Below are positions 19,426 through 29,454 of a stretch of DNA of 64,000 nucleotides, piece after piece (positions within the stretch are counted from its first letter, which is position 1; each line of letters starts with the position of its first letter). The stretch covers positions 8,763 through 72,762 of the forward strand of contig CACOZH010000003.1 of the NCBI GenBank assembly GCA_902631595.1. Direction: 5' to 3'. The DNA comes from an uncultured Pelagibacteraceae bacterium (GTDB taxonomy: Bacteria; Pseudomonadota; Alphaproteobacteria; Pelagibacterales; Pelagibacteraceae). The notes beneath the pieces were generated by a model. The model did not search any database and had not been told where the DNA came from. It saw only the letters and a program-made list of their open reading frames with translations. The position numbers and the translations under genes are program-made.

Positions 19426-20600
19426 TTTATTTTTTTAAGCGCTTGTTTTAAATCATTAATAATATCATTAGGATCTTCAAGTCCTATATGAAGTCTAATT
19501 ATATGTTCATCTTTTTTTAAATTTGTATAACTTCTTGCGCCTAATTGTTTCTGGTTTTGATATAAGGCTAAACTTTCAAAACCACCCCAACTATATCCAT
19601 ATCCAAACAAATTTAATGAATTTATAAAGCTTTTTACTGAATTTTTATTTTTTGATTTTATTCTTAGTCCCATTAGTCCTGAGGCTCCAGAGTAATATTT
19701 TTTCCAAAGCTTATAATTTGGAGAATTTTTTTTATATGGATAACAGACTCTTACTACTTTTTTTTGTTTTGAAAGAAATTTTGCAACTTTTAAAGCATTT
19801 ATATGATGTTTATCCATTCTTACATCTAAAGTTCTTATGCCTCTTAGAATAAAATAAGCATCATCTGGACTTAATCTTAATCCTGTCACTCTATTTGTCG
19901 GCTCAACTAATTTAAAAACTCTTTTATTTATCGCCAAACTACCGCCCATAACATCAGAATGACCTGAATAGTATTTCGTAGCAGACACAATAGACATATC
20001 AAAACCTAATTTGATTGGTTTTATTAAATATGGTGTTCCCCAGGTATTATCAATTGCTGTATAAATTTTATTTTTTTTTGCAAATGAAACAATTTTTTTC
20101 AAATCTTGAAACTCAAATGTATTACTACCTGGATTTTCTACAAAAATTAATTTTGTTTTTTTTGTTACTTTATTTTTTAAATCATTAAATTTTGTAGGGT
20201 CATAAAATATACTTTTTATGTTAAATTTTTTTAAATAGTCTTGTGTTAATAATCTTGTTGGTGAATAAACAGAATCAGTCACAAGAATTTCGTCTCCTGG
20301 CTCTACTAAACTTAAAACTGCCAAAAAAACCGCACCAAATCCTGTTGGTGTAAGATAAACCTTATAGCATTCTTCCATTTCTTGAAGAATTCTTTGCAAT
20401 GCATGTGTAGTAGACGTTCCTTGTCTTCCATAATCAAAATTACCGCTTCTTGGATTTTTTAAATATTTTTTTTGGGTTTTTTCAATTTCTTGAAGATTTT
20501 TAAATATTATAGTTGACGCTCTAACTACAGGTGGATTAACTGACTGGTTATGAAAATCTTTAGCAGTATGTTTTATGAATGTTCGTAGATTTGTTTTCAT
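19422..20600 (-). CDS. metC: Cystathionine beta-lyase
   Basis: VNPPVVRAST, YGRQGT, ENPGS, DNTW, ATKYYSGHSD, GYSWGGFESL, IRLHIGLED; start at MKTNL (20600). Confidence 0.92.
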   Translation of the reverse strand: MKTNLRTFIKHTAKDFHNQSVNPPVVRASTIIFKNLQEIEKTQKKYLKNPRSGNFDYGRQGTSTTHALQRILQEMEECYKVYLTPTGFGAVFLAVLSLVEPGDEILVTDSVYSPTRLLTQDYLKKFNIKSIFYDPTKFNDLKNKVTKKTKLIFVENPGSNTFEFQDLKKIVSFAKKNKIYTAIDNTWGTPYLIKPIKLGFDMSIVSATKYYSGHSDVMGGSLAINKRVFKLVEPTNRVTGLRLSPDDAYFILRGIRTLDVRMDKHHINALKVAKFLSKQKKVVRVCYPYKKNSPNYKLWKKYYSGASGLMGLRIKSKNKNSVKSFINSLNLFGYGYSWGGFESLALYQNQKQLGARSYTNLKKDEHIIRLHIGLEDPNDIINDLKQALKKIK

Positions 20601-20675
20601 ATAATATTGATATTTAATCGACAATGCTATATCCATTCGATAAGTCAATAAAATTAAGGAAAAGGATTGAACAAT

Positions 20676-20759
20676 ATGGGTTACCCAAAAAAACACAGAG
20701 GTCGAAGAAAAATGGGCTCTAAAAAAAGAAGAGCAAGAAAAAAAAATAAGAAAAAGTAG
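20676..20759 (+). CDS. Very small Lys/Arg-rich protein (27 aa)
   Basis: MGYPKKHRGRRKMGSKKRRARKKNKKK with AAGGAAAAGGA SD-like sequence upstream; below the ORF-track cutoff. Confidence 0.7.
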   Translation: MGYPKKHRGRRKMGSKKRRARKKNKKK

Positions 20760-20771
20760 ATTTTTCTATTA

Positions 20772-21821
20772 ATGGAATTACTTAAAAGTATTAGAAAACT
20801 TCGGATAGTAGCATTATTTCTTTTTATATTTCCTGCTTTCGCAATAATTGGATCATTAGTAATACATAATTATCTTGTATCCTTTAAGTATTCCAAAGAT
20901 ACAAATTACAACTTTGAAACTAATTTATCTGGAAGTTCGATTGAAATTCTTTGTTCAGAGGACAATAATTTTTGTCGAGATAGAATAGAAAAATTCAAAA
21001 CTTTAAAATCTTGTTATGAAAATGAAATAGATACTAAATATCTTGATGCAAAAGCAAACTTTGAAATAAAAAGTTTTAAATCTATTGAAGATATTGAATA
21101 TTACGACGGAAATGTAATATTCAGGGCTGAAATATCCTCTAGAAAAAATGAAAATTGCATTCTAAATTCAAATAGTAATTACTTATATAGTATTTTTCCT
21201 CTATTCTATGAGACTGTTGTCAGCGTTAAGGATAATGCAAAGCTAGGCACAAGTGTTTCTGTAAATCCCTTTTTTTATGGTGAAACTTCTATAAGTAATA
21301 TTGCTAAAAGATATCCAGTAAATTTTTTTTTTAAATCATTCTTATATATAAGTGGAGTTTTGATGTTTATTTACTGGAGGTACTACAATACAGTAATTAA
21401 TGAAATAAATAGTACACAAAAAAATAATTTATTTTTTTTATTTGGCATTCTCTCAGCAATATTTTTAATATTGCATGTATTTTTTCTTGGATGGACTTTT
21501 GAAAGTGAATTTCTTACTAAATTAAGAAGGACTTTTGTGGTTTTTTTTGTTTTTTTTGAAATTTTAGCACAATCTTTTTTAATAAAAAAGATAGTGAATA
21601 TTAAATATAAAATCAAAGATTATGTAAATAACATTTATATATACTTAAAATTATTTTTAGTAATATTAATATGTTCTATTACAATTATAATTTTATTTAT
21701 TTTAATATTTTATAATTTAGACTCGAAGATAGATTATATTTTAGAATGGAATTATTTTGTCGTATTGTTAATTTTTTATCTTTTATCTTTTTTGATGTGG
21801 AAGAAATTTAATCAAATTTAG
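20772..21821 (+). CDS. Hypothetical membrane protein (N-terminal TM, Cys-containing loop, about 5 C-terminal TMs)
   Basis: 349-aa ORF; hydrophobicity pattern; no family confidently recognised. Confidence 0.75.
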   Translation: MELLKSIRKLRIVALFLFIFPAFAIIGSLVIHNYLVSFKYSKDTNYNFETNLSGSSIEILCSEDNNFCRDRIEKFKTLKSCYENEIDTKYLDAKANFEIKSFKSIEDIEYYDGNVIFRAEISSRKNENCILNSNSNYLYSIFPLFYETVVSVKDNAKLGTSVSVNPFFYGETSISNIAKRYPVNFFFKSFLYISGVLMFIYWRYYNTVINEINSTQKNNLFFLFGILSAIFLILHVFFLGWTFESEFLTKLRRTFVVFFVFFEILAQSFLIKKIVNIKYKIKDYVNNIYIYLKLFLVILICSITIIILFILIFYNLDSKIDYILEWNYFVVLLIFYLLSFLMWKKFNQI

Positions 21822-22930
21822 GTGATCCATCCTCCACCTAAAAGTTTGTCTCCTATGCTGTCTTTTTTATAAAATACACATGCTTGACCAGGAGATATTC
21901 CATATTCATCCTCCAATAATTCAACTACCCCTCCTTTGTCAGAAAAAGATAATCTTGATTTAATTAACTTACCAGTAGATCTTATCTTTACAAAAATATT
22001 TTTATCTAAATCTTTTTTTTCAGTTAAAATATTTATATCTCTTAATTCAATTTTTCTTTTTACTAACTTTTTTTTTGGACCAACTATGATTTCATTTTTA
22101 TCCGAATTAATTTCAATAACATATAATGGTTCTTTTTCCGCAATTTTGATTCCTTTTCTTTGACCAATTGTAAAATTCACTATTCCATCGTGAACACCTA
22201 TTACTTTTCCATCTAAATTTCTTATATTACCTTTACGAAAGGCATCCGGTCTAAATTTCTGTATAACCGAAACGTAATCGCCATTAGGAACAAAACATAT
22301 ATCTTGACTGTCAGGCTTATCAGCTACATTTAGGTCTAATTTTTTTGCTATTTCTCTAGTTTCATTTTTCATCATATTTCCTAGAGGAAATCTTAAAAAA
22401 TTTAATTGTTCACGTGTGGTATTAAACAAAAAATAACTTTGATCTCTATTTTCATCAATCGCTCTATACATATTAGTCTGATTGTTTTCTGTAATACTCT
22501 TTACATAGTGACCTGTAATTAATGCATCTGCGTTTAGATTTTTACTTTCCTCAAAGAGATCTTTGAATTTTACGGTTTGGTTACATTGAACACATGGTAT
22601 CGGAGTTTCCCCTGATAAATAACTTTCAACAAAATTATCAACCACCCCACTTTTAAACTTTGATTGATAATATAAAACTTTATGATCTATATTTAACTTA
22701 TGTGATACGCGTTTAGCATCCATTATATCTTGTCCTGAGCAACATTGTTTTGAATGTGTATTTTCTTTGCTATTGTCATATAGTTTTAAAGTTATCCCTG
22801 TCACATCATATCCTTGTTTTTTCATTAATGCTGCAACTGTAGAAGAGTCCACTCCGCCTGACATAGCGACAACAACTTTAGTATCTTTTGGGTCTTTGTC
22901 TATTCCTAATGTATTAATTTTACTTATCAT
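21818..22930 (-). CDS. mnmA: tRNA 2-thiouridine(34) synthase
   Basis: [46 protein letters not shown]. Confidence 0.97.
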   Translation of the reverse strand: MISKINTLGIDKDPKDTKVVVAMSGGVDSSTVAALMKKQGYDVTGITLKLYDNSKENTHSKQCCSGQDIMDAKRVSHKLNIDHKVLYYQSKFKSGVVDNFVESYLSGETPIPCVQCNQTVKFKDLFEESKNLNADALITGHYVKSITENNQTNMYRAIDENRDQSYFLFNTTREQLNFLRFPLGNMMKNETREIAKKLDLNVADKPDSQDICFVPNGDYVSVIQKFRPDAFRKGNIRNLDGKVIGVHDGIVNFTIGQRKGIKIAEKEPLYVIEINSDKNEIIVGPKKKLVKRKIELRDINILTEKKDLDKNIFVKIRSTGKLIKSRLSFSDKGGVVELLEDEYGISPGQACVFYKKDSIGDKLLGGGWIT

Positions 22931-22972
22931 TTGATTGGTATATATACTCATTTCATTTATAAATTAAAGTGT

Positions 22973-23155
22973 ATGATTTTTGATTTCGAGCCAGGCGATA
23001 AAGTTATAAATCCTGATAAAAAAGAATGGGGAGTGGGGCAAATACAATCAATAATAAAGGAAAAAATAACTGTAAATTTTGAAAATGTTGGAAAAAAAGT
23101 AATTAATGGAAATATAATTTCTTTAGAAAAATATAAAAGTTATGGAAATAAATAA
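22973..23155 (+). CDS. DUF3553-like SH3-type small protein
   Basis: FEPGDKVINPDKKEWGVGQIQS...VNFENVGKKVIN. Confidence 0.8.
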   Translation: MIFDFEPGDKVINPDKKEWGVGQIQSIIKEKITVNFENVGKKVINGNIISLEKYKSYGNK

Positions 23156-23909
23156 GATTGAAAATTCAATAAAAGATTTAGTTAACATATTTTTTGATGC
23201 TGGGAGAGTTTCAATTGAGTTAAGAAACAAAGGACTTATAAAACATATTAAAAAAGATAAAACACCAGTTACAAATGGAGATATTGAAGTTAATAATATT
23301 ATTTTAAAAAGCCTAAAAAAAATTACTCCAGACATTCCTATAGTTTCTGAGGAAACCGCAGAAAACAAACATTCAGATCTTGATACCTTTTGGTTAGTTG
23401 ATCCAATTGACGGCACATATGATTACTTAAATAATAAAGATGAGTTCACAATCAATGCAGGTCTAATAATTAATAAACAAGCAATTGCAGGGATTATTTA
23501 TGCTCCAGCAAAAAATCGGATGTTTTATACTTGTGGTGACAATTTAAGTTTTGAGCTTAAAAATAATACTCCTTTTTTATTAAATAATAAAAATATTGAT
23601 AAAAATAATATTAAAGCTGTGAGTTATTCTGATCATCTTAAACAGGAAATTATAGAAATACATAACAAATTAAACGTAAAAGAATACGTAAGGATGAAAA
23701 GTTCATTAAAATTTTGTGTTATAGCAACAGGAGAATATCAGGTGTATGTTGCTGAACCAAGAGCTAGAGAATGGGATATTGCTGCAGGACATGCTATATT
23801 AAAAAATTCAGGTGGTGTAATATCAGATTTCGATGGAAATGAAATTCTTTATGGTAAAAGTGACTTTAAAAACCCAAGTATTATTTTAAGAGCAACAGAA
23901 AAAATTTGA
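23142..23909 (+). CDS. cysQ: 3'(2'),5'-bisphosphate nucleotidase CysQ
   Basis: KKDKTPVTNGD, VSEE, FWLVDPIDGT, SSLKFC, EWDIAAGHAIL. Confidence 0.92.
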   Translation: MEINKIENSIKDLVNIFFDAGRVSIELRNKGLIKHIKKDKTPVTNGDIEVNNIILKSLKKITPDIPIVSEETAENKHSDLDTFWLVDPIDGTYDYLNNKDEFTINAGLIINKQAIAGIIYAPAKNRMFYTCGDNLSFELKNNTPFLLNNKNIDKNNIKAVSYSDHLKQEIIEIHNKLNVKEYVRMKSSLKFCVIATGEYQVYVAEPRAREWDIAAGHAILKNSGGVISDFDGNEILYGKSDFKNPSIILRATEKI

Positions 23910-24055
23910 TGGATGAAAAAATCAGAATAATATTGATTATAATAGTCTCTGTTTCTATTTTTGGGTTGTTAGTTTTTGTATTTGTTAAAAATTATATTAA
24001 ACGAAAACTTGAATATTATTTAAAAGAAAAAAATAAGTATAAAAATAAAAATTAA
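23909..24055 (+). CDS. Possible small single-TM protein (48 aa)
   Basis: TGATG overlap with the cysQ stop; MDEKIRIILIIIVSVSIFGLLVFVFVKNYIKRKLEYYLKEKNKYKNKN. Confidence 0.55.
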   Translation: MDEKIRIILIIIVSVSIFGLLVFVFVKNYIKRKLEYYLKEKNKYKNKN

Positions 24056-24615
24056 AGTAAATTAATAATTTTTAGATATTCTTCTTTTTCTATATCAATC
24101 ACTCTTTTGGACGTCTCAAAATCGAAACCAGATCGAGCAAGGATGCCTAAATCTTTTTTCATGAATAAAGGTCTATTATTTTCGTCTCTAGCTGGTCCAA
24201 TTCTTTTCTTCTTGCATATTTTAATTGCTGAAAAAAAATCCTGATCTTCATTATTTTCTCTAATATCTGATAAAGTTTCGTTTATATATTTGTCTTTAAT
24301 TCCCTTTGAATATAGATAATTTCTAATTTTATTTATTGAACTGCCTCTTTGAATTAGACTTTTTGCTTTTGAACTAGAATAAAATTTATCATTTATAAAT
24401 TTTGTTTTCTCCAAATCTTCTAAAACCACATCTATAAGATCAGTCAAATGTTTTTTACTGACATTTGTGGCTCCTTGTTTTAAATATTTTTTTAATAAAT
24501 AAGTTCTTAATTGCTGTCTTGAAGGAGCATATTTTTCGATATAAATAAATGCAAAATTTCTCATTTCCTCAACTGTTGTTTCAAGATTTTTTTTTCTATT
24601 TTTTATAGGAATCAT
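24052..24615 (-). CDS. recX: RecX family regulator
   Basis: YIEKYAPS...LRTYL, FINDKFY, RGSSINKIRNYL..KG, LARSGF. Confidence 0.85.
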   Translation of the reverse strand: MIPIKNRKKNLETTVEEMRNFAFIYIEKYAPSRQQLRTYLLKKYLKQGATNVSKKHLTDLIDVVLEDLEKTKFINDKFYSSSKAKSLIQRGSSINKIRNYLYSKGIKDKYINETLSDIRENNEDQDFFSAIKICKKKRIGPARDENNRPLFMKKDLGILARSGFDFETSKRVIDIEKEEYLKIINLL

Positions 24616-24643
24616 AATTTAAAGTTATATAATATATTCCTAT

Positions 24644-25117
24644 ATGCTTGATCAAATATCAACTTACTTTACAATTGAAATGATTTATCTATGGTTGAAT
24701 ATTGGAGTGATACCATTTTGGCTTATGCTTATTTTTTTACCTAATTCAAAATTAGGCAGTATCTTAGTAAGCTCAATATTCCCAATTTTTATCTTAGGTG
24801 GTGCTTATATTTATATTTTTTATAAATCCTTTTTAGGATCATACGATTTTATAAATAATTTTACACTATATCTCGGTATAAGAGATTTAAGTGTCTTATT
24901 TTCAAATCAAGAATTTTTAATAATTTTTTGGATACACTTCTTAGCTATAAATCTATTTTGTGGATCATGGATGTCTAGGGATGGATCGAAACTTTTAATA
25001 TCAAAATACATAATGTTTTTTCCACTGCTTACAACCTATTTTGTTGGTCCACTAGGAATTTTTATTTATTGGATAATAAGAATATTCTATGCAAAAAAAA
25101 TAAGTCTATATGACTAA
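24644..25117 (+). CDS. ABA4-like (DUF4281) membrane protein
   Basis: PFWLMLIFLP, WIHFLAINLFCG, FVGPLG. Confidence 0.82.
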   Translation: MLDQISTYFTIEMIYLWLNIGVIPFWLMLIFLPNSKLGSILVSSIFPIFILGGAYIYIFYKSFLGSYDFINNFTLYLGIRDLSVLFSNQEFLIIFWIHFLAINLFCGSWMSRDGSKLLISKYIMFFPLLTTYFVGPLGIFIYWIIRIFYAKKISLYD

Positions 25118-25694
25118 AAGTATTGACTTTTATTTTGATTTCATAAGTCCATACTCATACATTGGTTACAAAAAAATCGAGTTACACAATTATAAATTAA
25201 ATTTTATATATAAACCTATTCTTTTAGGTGGACTTCATAAATTGTGGAATATCACGCCCCAAGCATTTATAGAGCCAAAAAAAAAATTCATGATTATGGA
25301 TTGTGAAATGATCACTAAAAAACTAAAAATAGATTTTAAATTTAATACTAAATTTCCACTGAGCACGATAAAACTTATGAGGGGGTGTTTAATATTTAAA
25401 GGTGAACAGTTACAAAAATATATTAAGTTAATTTTCGAAGCTTATTGGCGAGATAATATGGATATTACTGACAATAATGTTCTTTCAAATTTATTGGAAA
25501 AAATTGGGTTTGATTTTAAAGATTTTTTTAAAAAAATTGAAGAGATAGAAATCAAAGAAAAATTAAAAAATTTAACACATGATGCTTTCGATAAAAATAT
25601 ATTTGGTGCTCCAACGTATGTTGTAAATAATAAAAATTTCTGGGGACAAGATAGGTTTGAATATGCTATCGACGAGTTAAATTCTATTTCTTGA
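25110..25694 (+). CDS. 2-hydroxychromene-2-carboxylate isomerase / kappa-GST (DsbA family)
   Basis: DFYFDFISPYSY, PILLGG, FGAPTY, FWGQDR. Confidence 0.88.
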   Translation: MTKSIDFYFDFISPYSYIGYKKIELHNYKLNFIYKPILLGGLHKLWNITPQAFIEPKKKFMIMDCEMITKKLKIDFKFNTKFPLSTIKLMRGCLIFKGEQLQKYIKLIFEAYWRDNMDITDNNVLSNLLEKIGFDFKDFFKKIEEIEIKEKLKNLTHDAFDKNIFGAPTYVVNNKNFWGQDRFEYAIDELNSIS

Positions 25695-26061
25695 TTTTAA
25701 ACTTTGAATTTTGAAGAACTGAAAAACCACCTTCAATGTGTGAAACTTTTTTACATCCCATTTCTTGCAAAGTTTTTACTGTTAGAGCAGATCTTCCGCC
25801 TGCCGCACAAAACAAAACTGTTTCTTTATTAATATCTATGATGCCATTTTGAACCAATGTTTCAAATTGGAATTCTAAATGGCTTCTTGGTATATTTATT
25901 GAATTTTCGAGTGAACCTGTCTTTTCAAGTTCAGATGGTTCTCTTATGTCTATTAGATTACAATCATTTCCCTCTAAAAGATTGAATGCATCATCGGCTG
26001 ATATAGTCTTAATTTCCTGCATAGCTTCAGAAACTAGGGTTTGCGCTGTTTTTATAGACAT
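25684..26061 (-). CDS. Rhodanese-like sulfurtransferase
   Basis: LIDIRE, FCAAGGRS, HIEGGF. Confidence 0.9.
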   Translation of the reverse strand: MSIKTAQTLVSEAMQEIKTISADDAFNLLEGNDCNLIDIREPSELEKTGSLENSINIPRSHLEFQFETLVQNGIIDINKETVLFCAAGGRSALTVKTLQEMGCKKVSHIEGGFSVLQNSKFKIKK

Positions 26062-26080
26062 AGTAAATATATATAAAGTT

Positions 26081-27067
26081 ATGCAAACAAATATATTAAA
26101 AAAAATTTTTGTAAAGATAATTAAAATGTTTGGGTTTGAAATTATTGATCAAAACCAATTTAAATCACCTACTTTAAATAAAGAATTAAATGAACAACTT
26201 TCAAATGTAAATAAATCAATCATTCTTCCTCTTGGTGAAGTTAATTTAACTAGAAAGATTTCAGATTTACTAATTATCTTTAGAACAAATACAACTGTCG
26301 AAATTTGGGATCAAAATAAAAAAAGAATCTTTGAAAAAGAAAAAATTGAGTATGTTATAAGATCCTTAAATTCTTTAATCAAATCAATTAAAATTGTTGA
26401 GGAAAACTATCCATCACTCAATGTTAATTTAATAATTTTAGATGATAGATCAAATGACCAAAATTTGGCTAAAATTAAAAATATTTTAGATAAATCTAAT
26501 CATAAATATGAAATCATAAATCACAAATACTCTGATCATAAAAATATAATTAAAGAGCAAAAAACAGTTGATACTTTTTCAAATTTATCAAGTCTCCTAA
26601 AATGTTTTGAAATAGGGAAGAGAGAAGGTAAAGATTTAATTTATTTTGTCGAAGATGATTATTTGCATTTTGCTAATTCTTTAGAGGAAATGATTGGTAC
26701 TTATGAAAGAATCTCATCCCAACTAAAAAGAGATTTATTTGTTTGTCCAGCAGACTACCCTTTTCTTTACATGAATAATGAGAAAACAAATATTTTAATT
26801 GGTAACAAGAGACACTGGAGAACAACAAATAAAACATTGTGTACTTTTATGACATCTAAAGAAATTTTAGATAAATATTGGGAAAACTTTCATCAAAATT
26901 GCCTAGATAGACATGAGCCGTTTGAAAAATATTTAAACATGATCTACGAAAAAGAAATCTGCTTATCTCCAATTAAATCTTTATCTATTCATATGACTAA
27001 TGTTAATTCTAGTTATGGTTTGTCGCCATTTATAGATTATAAATCACTTTGGGATGAAAATGAATAA
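26081..27067 (+). CDS. Glycosyltransferase-like (GT-A fold) protein
   Basis: ILDDRS and YFVEDDYLH DxD-type motifs; start at MQTNI (26081). Confidence 0.65.
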   Translation: MQTNILKKIFVKIIKMFGFEIIDQNQFKSPTLNKELNEQLSNVNKSIILPLGEVNLTRKISDLLIIFRTNTTVEIWDQNKKRIFEKEKIEYVIRSLNSLIKSIKIVEENYPSLNVNLIILDDRSNDQNLAKIKNILDKSNHKYEIINHKYSDHKNIIKEQKTVDTFSNLSSLLKCFEIGKREGKDLIYFVEDDYLHFANSLEEMIGTYERISSQLKRDLFVCPADYPFLYMNNEKTNILIGNKRHWRTTNKTLCTFMTSKEILDKYWENFHQNCLDRHEPFEKYLNMIYEKEICLSPIKSLSIHMTNVNSSYGLSPFIDYKSLWDENE

Positions 27068-27529
27068 ATGGCAAATTTAGTTGGAAAAAAAGCACCTAAT
27101 TTTAATTTAAGCTCAACATCAGGAAAAAATGTTGAATTAAGTAAAATTAAGTCAAAATATGTTGTTTTATATTTTTATCCGAAAGACGACACGCCTGGGT
27201 GTACTTTGGAGACTAAGGATTTTAATTCATTATTTTTGAAATTTAAAAAAGCTAAATGTTTGGTGTTTGGTATTTCGAAAGATAGTGTTGATAGTCACAA
27301 AAAATTTAAAGCAAAGTATAAAGTAAAGTTTGAACTGCTTTCCGATGAAAATAAAAAATCAATTAAAGCTTACAAAACATGGGGTAAAAAGAAATTTATG
27401 GGTAAAGAATTTATGGGCCAGATAAGAAGTACTTTTTTAATTAAAGAAAATAAAGTTTTAAATGAGTGGCGCAATGTAAGAGTGAAAGACCACGCAAAAG
27501 AAGTACTTGATTTTTTAATAAAAAATTAA
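27068..27529 (+). CDS. bcp: Peroxiredoxin BCP/PrxQ
   Basis: YFYPKDDTPGCT, GISKD, RSTFLI. Confidence 0.93.
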   Translation: MANLVGKKAPNFNLSSTSGKNVELSKIKSKYVVLYFYPKDDTPGCTLETKDFNSLFLKFKKAKCLVFGISKDSVDSHKKFKAKYKVKFELLSDENKKSIKAYKTWGKKKFMGKEFMGQIRSTFLIKENKVLNEWRNVRVKDHAKEVLDFLIKN

Positions 27530-27555
27530 AAAAGGCCCGAATTATCGGGCCTTTT
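27530..27555. terminator. Bidirectional intrinsic terminator between bcp and amtB
   Basis: AAAAGGCCCGA-atta-TCGGGCCTTTT hairpin with A/T tails. Confidence 0.9.
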
Positions 27556-27585
27556 AAATTGTTAAATTTAAAGGGAGAAATTTAA

Positions 27586-28881
27586 CTAATCTCTTATTGC
27601 ATATGCAATTACACCTGTTTCAGTTACGTCAGTACCTTTAGTTTCACCTTCTTTGCTTAATCTAATACCAAAAGTATTTTTCATAAAAAACCAAATTATA
27701 AATGATACTAAGAATACAAATAGATTTATAGCAATTACACCTAACAACTGTGATCCAAACGTAGCATCATTATTTGTAATTGGAACTGCTAGTGTCCCCC
27801 ATACTCCTGCAAATAAGTGGGCTGGTATAGCTCCTACTACATCATCAATTTTTAGAGACAATAAGAATTTAGTTCCATAGACAACTATCACTCCACCTAC
27901 AGCACCTATTAGTATTGCCGCTAAAGGTGATGGCATCAAGGGTTCTGCAGTAATTGCAACTAAACCACCAATACAACCATTTAACATTTGAATTACATCA
28001 GTTTTTCCAAAATGAATTCTTGTTACAGTCGCGGCTGCCATTACACCACCTGCCCCAGCTAGAAATGTATTTATAAAAATAGTTGATACTGCAATTGCAT
28101 CATCGGCTGTACCCATTGCTAATTGAGACCCACCATTAAAACCAAACCAACCTAACCATAAAATAAATATTCCAATTGTTACTAATGGTATAGATGATGC
28201 TGCAAAAGGTTTGATAGGTGTTGCCTCACCACTCTTTGTAAATCTTCCTAATCTTGGACCAATTAAAATTACACCTGCTAAAGCTGCCGCGCCACCAGTT
28301 GAATGTACTAAAGTTGAACCTGCAAAGTCAGAAAACCCAGCAGATGCTAACCATCCTCCACCCCACTGCCATCCCATAACAATTGGGTAAATAATCCCCG
28401 ATAAAATTGCAGCAAATAAGAAGAATGGCCATAATTTAATTCTTTCTGCCATTGTCCCTGATACGATTGATACGGTTGTTGCGCAGAATACCATCTGGAA
28501 ATACCAATCTGATCCATCTGAATAACCAGTATCTACTGAACTAGCGTCGGACCATGGTAAGAATTTTCCTATATAACCACCTTCTGGTATACCATAAGCT
28601 AAGTTATAACCAAACAACCAAAACATTATTCCTGCAATTGAAAACAAGCCAATATTTTTAGCACAAATAACTGACACACTTTTTGATGTCACCATTCCTG
28701 CCTCTAACATCGCGAAACCTGCCGCCATGAACATGACTAAAAATCCACAAACTAAAAATAAAAAAGTATTAAATATAAATCCTACTTCAGCTGAAACTGT
28801 AGTTTCTGCTGCAGCTGGCATTATAAACCATAATAATAAACCAACTGTAGGTAAGACTAATTTTTTTATAAATTTAAACAT
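27586..28881 (-). CDS. amtB: Ammonium transporter
   Basis: GFAMLEAG, FQMVF, AERIK, DFAGSTLVH, WFGFNGGS, IDDVVGAIPAH; GAGGAG SD before MFKFI. Confidence 0.96.
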   Translation of the reverse strand: MFKFIKKLVLPTVGLLLWFIMPAAAETTVSAEVGFIFNTFLFLVCGFLVMFMAAGFAMLEAGMVTSKSVSVICAKNIGLFSIAGIMFWLFGYNLAYGIPEGGYIGKFLPWSDASSVDTGYSDGSDWYFQMVFCATTVSIVSGTMAERIKLWPFFLFAAILSGIIYPIVMGWQWGGGWLASAGFSDFAGSTLVHSTGGAAALAGVILIGPRLGRFTKSGEATPIKPFAASSIPLVTIGIFILWLGWFGFNGGSQLAMGTADDAIAVSTIFINTFLAGAGGVMAAATVTRIHFGKTDVIQMLNGCIGGLVAITAEPLMPSPLAAILIGAVGGVIVVYGTKFLLSLKIDDVVGAIPAHLFAGVWGTLAVPITNNDATFGSQLLGVIAINLFVFLVSFIIWFFMKNTFGIRLSKEGETKGTDVTETGVIAYAIRD

Positions 28882-28978
28882 ATATCTCCTCAAAATTAAT
28901 TTGGAGTTTTTATATTTAAAAAATTTTTTAAAACTATTGATTATGCAGAAAAATAGGTATGCATTTTTTGCATATAGA

Positions 28979-29019
28979 AACAGCCTTTACTAATTTTTTT
29001 TGAATTAATAAAGGCTGTT
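28979..29019 (-). terminator. Probable terminator of hup
   Basis: AACAGCCTTTA...TAAAGGCTGTT inverted repeat just after the hup stop. Confidence 0.65.
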
Positions 29020-29028
29020 AAAAAAGAA

Positions 29029-29304
29029 TTATCGGTTGAATACTTCTTTAAGTGCTTTAGCTGGTAAGAATTTTACCTTTTGAGAAGCAGCGATTTGTAT
29101 TTGTTCACCAGTTCTTGGGTTTCTACCAACTCTAGCTTTTCTTTTAGCTACTTTATAAGTACCAAAACCAGCAATTTTTACTGAATCGTCATTTTTCAAT
29201 GCGTCCAAAATAGTGTTGGTAATAGTATCAAAAGTACGCTCTGCATCAGCTTTGCTTTGATTTAGCTTGTCTGATAGTTTTGCTACTAGTTGTTTCTTGT
29301 TCAT
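29029..29304 (-). CDS. hup: Histone-like DNA-binding protein HU
   Basis: MNKKQL, IAGFGTY, RKARVGRNPRTGE. Confidence 0.95.
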   Translation of the reverse strand: MNKKQLVAKLSDKLNQSKADAERTFDTITNTILDALKNDDSVKIAGFGTYKVAKRKARVGRNPRTGEQIQIAASQKVKFLPAKALKEVFNR

Positions 29305-29454
29305 TTTTAGCTCCAGTGTTAGGTTATTTACACTTTTTTATAAAATCCTTGATTTTTCAAGCTTTTTTTTGTGTTTATTAATATTTGTTACACAATATAT
29401 TGTGCTCTAAAAGTATTGATTTTACTAGCTTTTTATTAAATCAGTCAGAAACCC

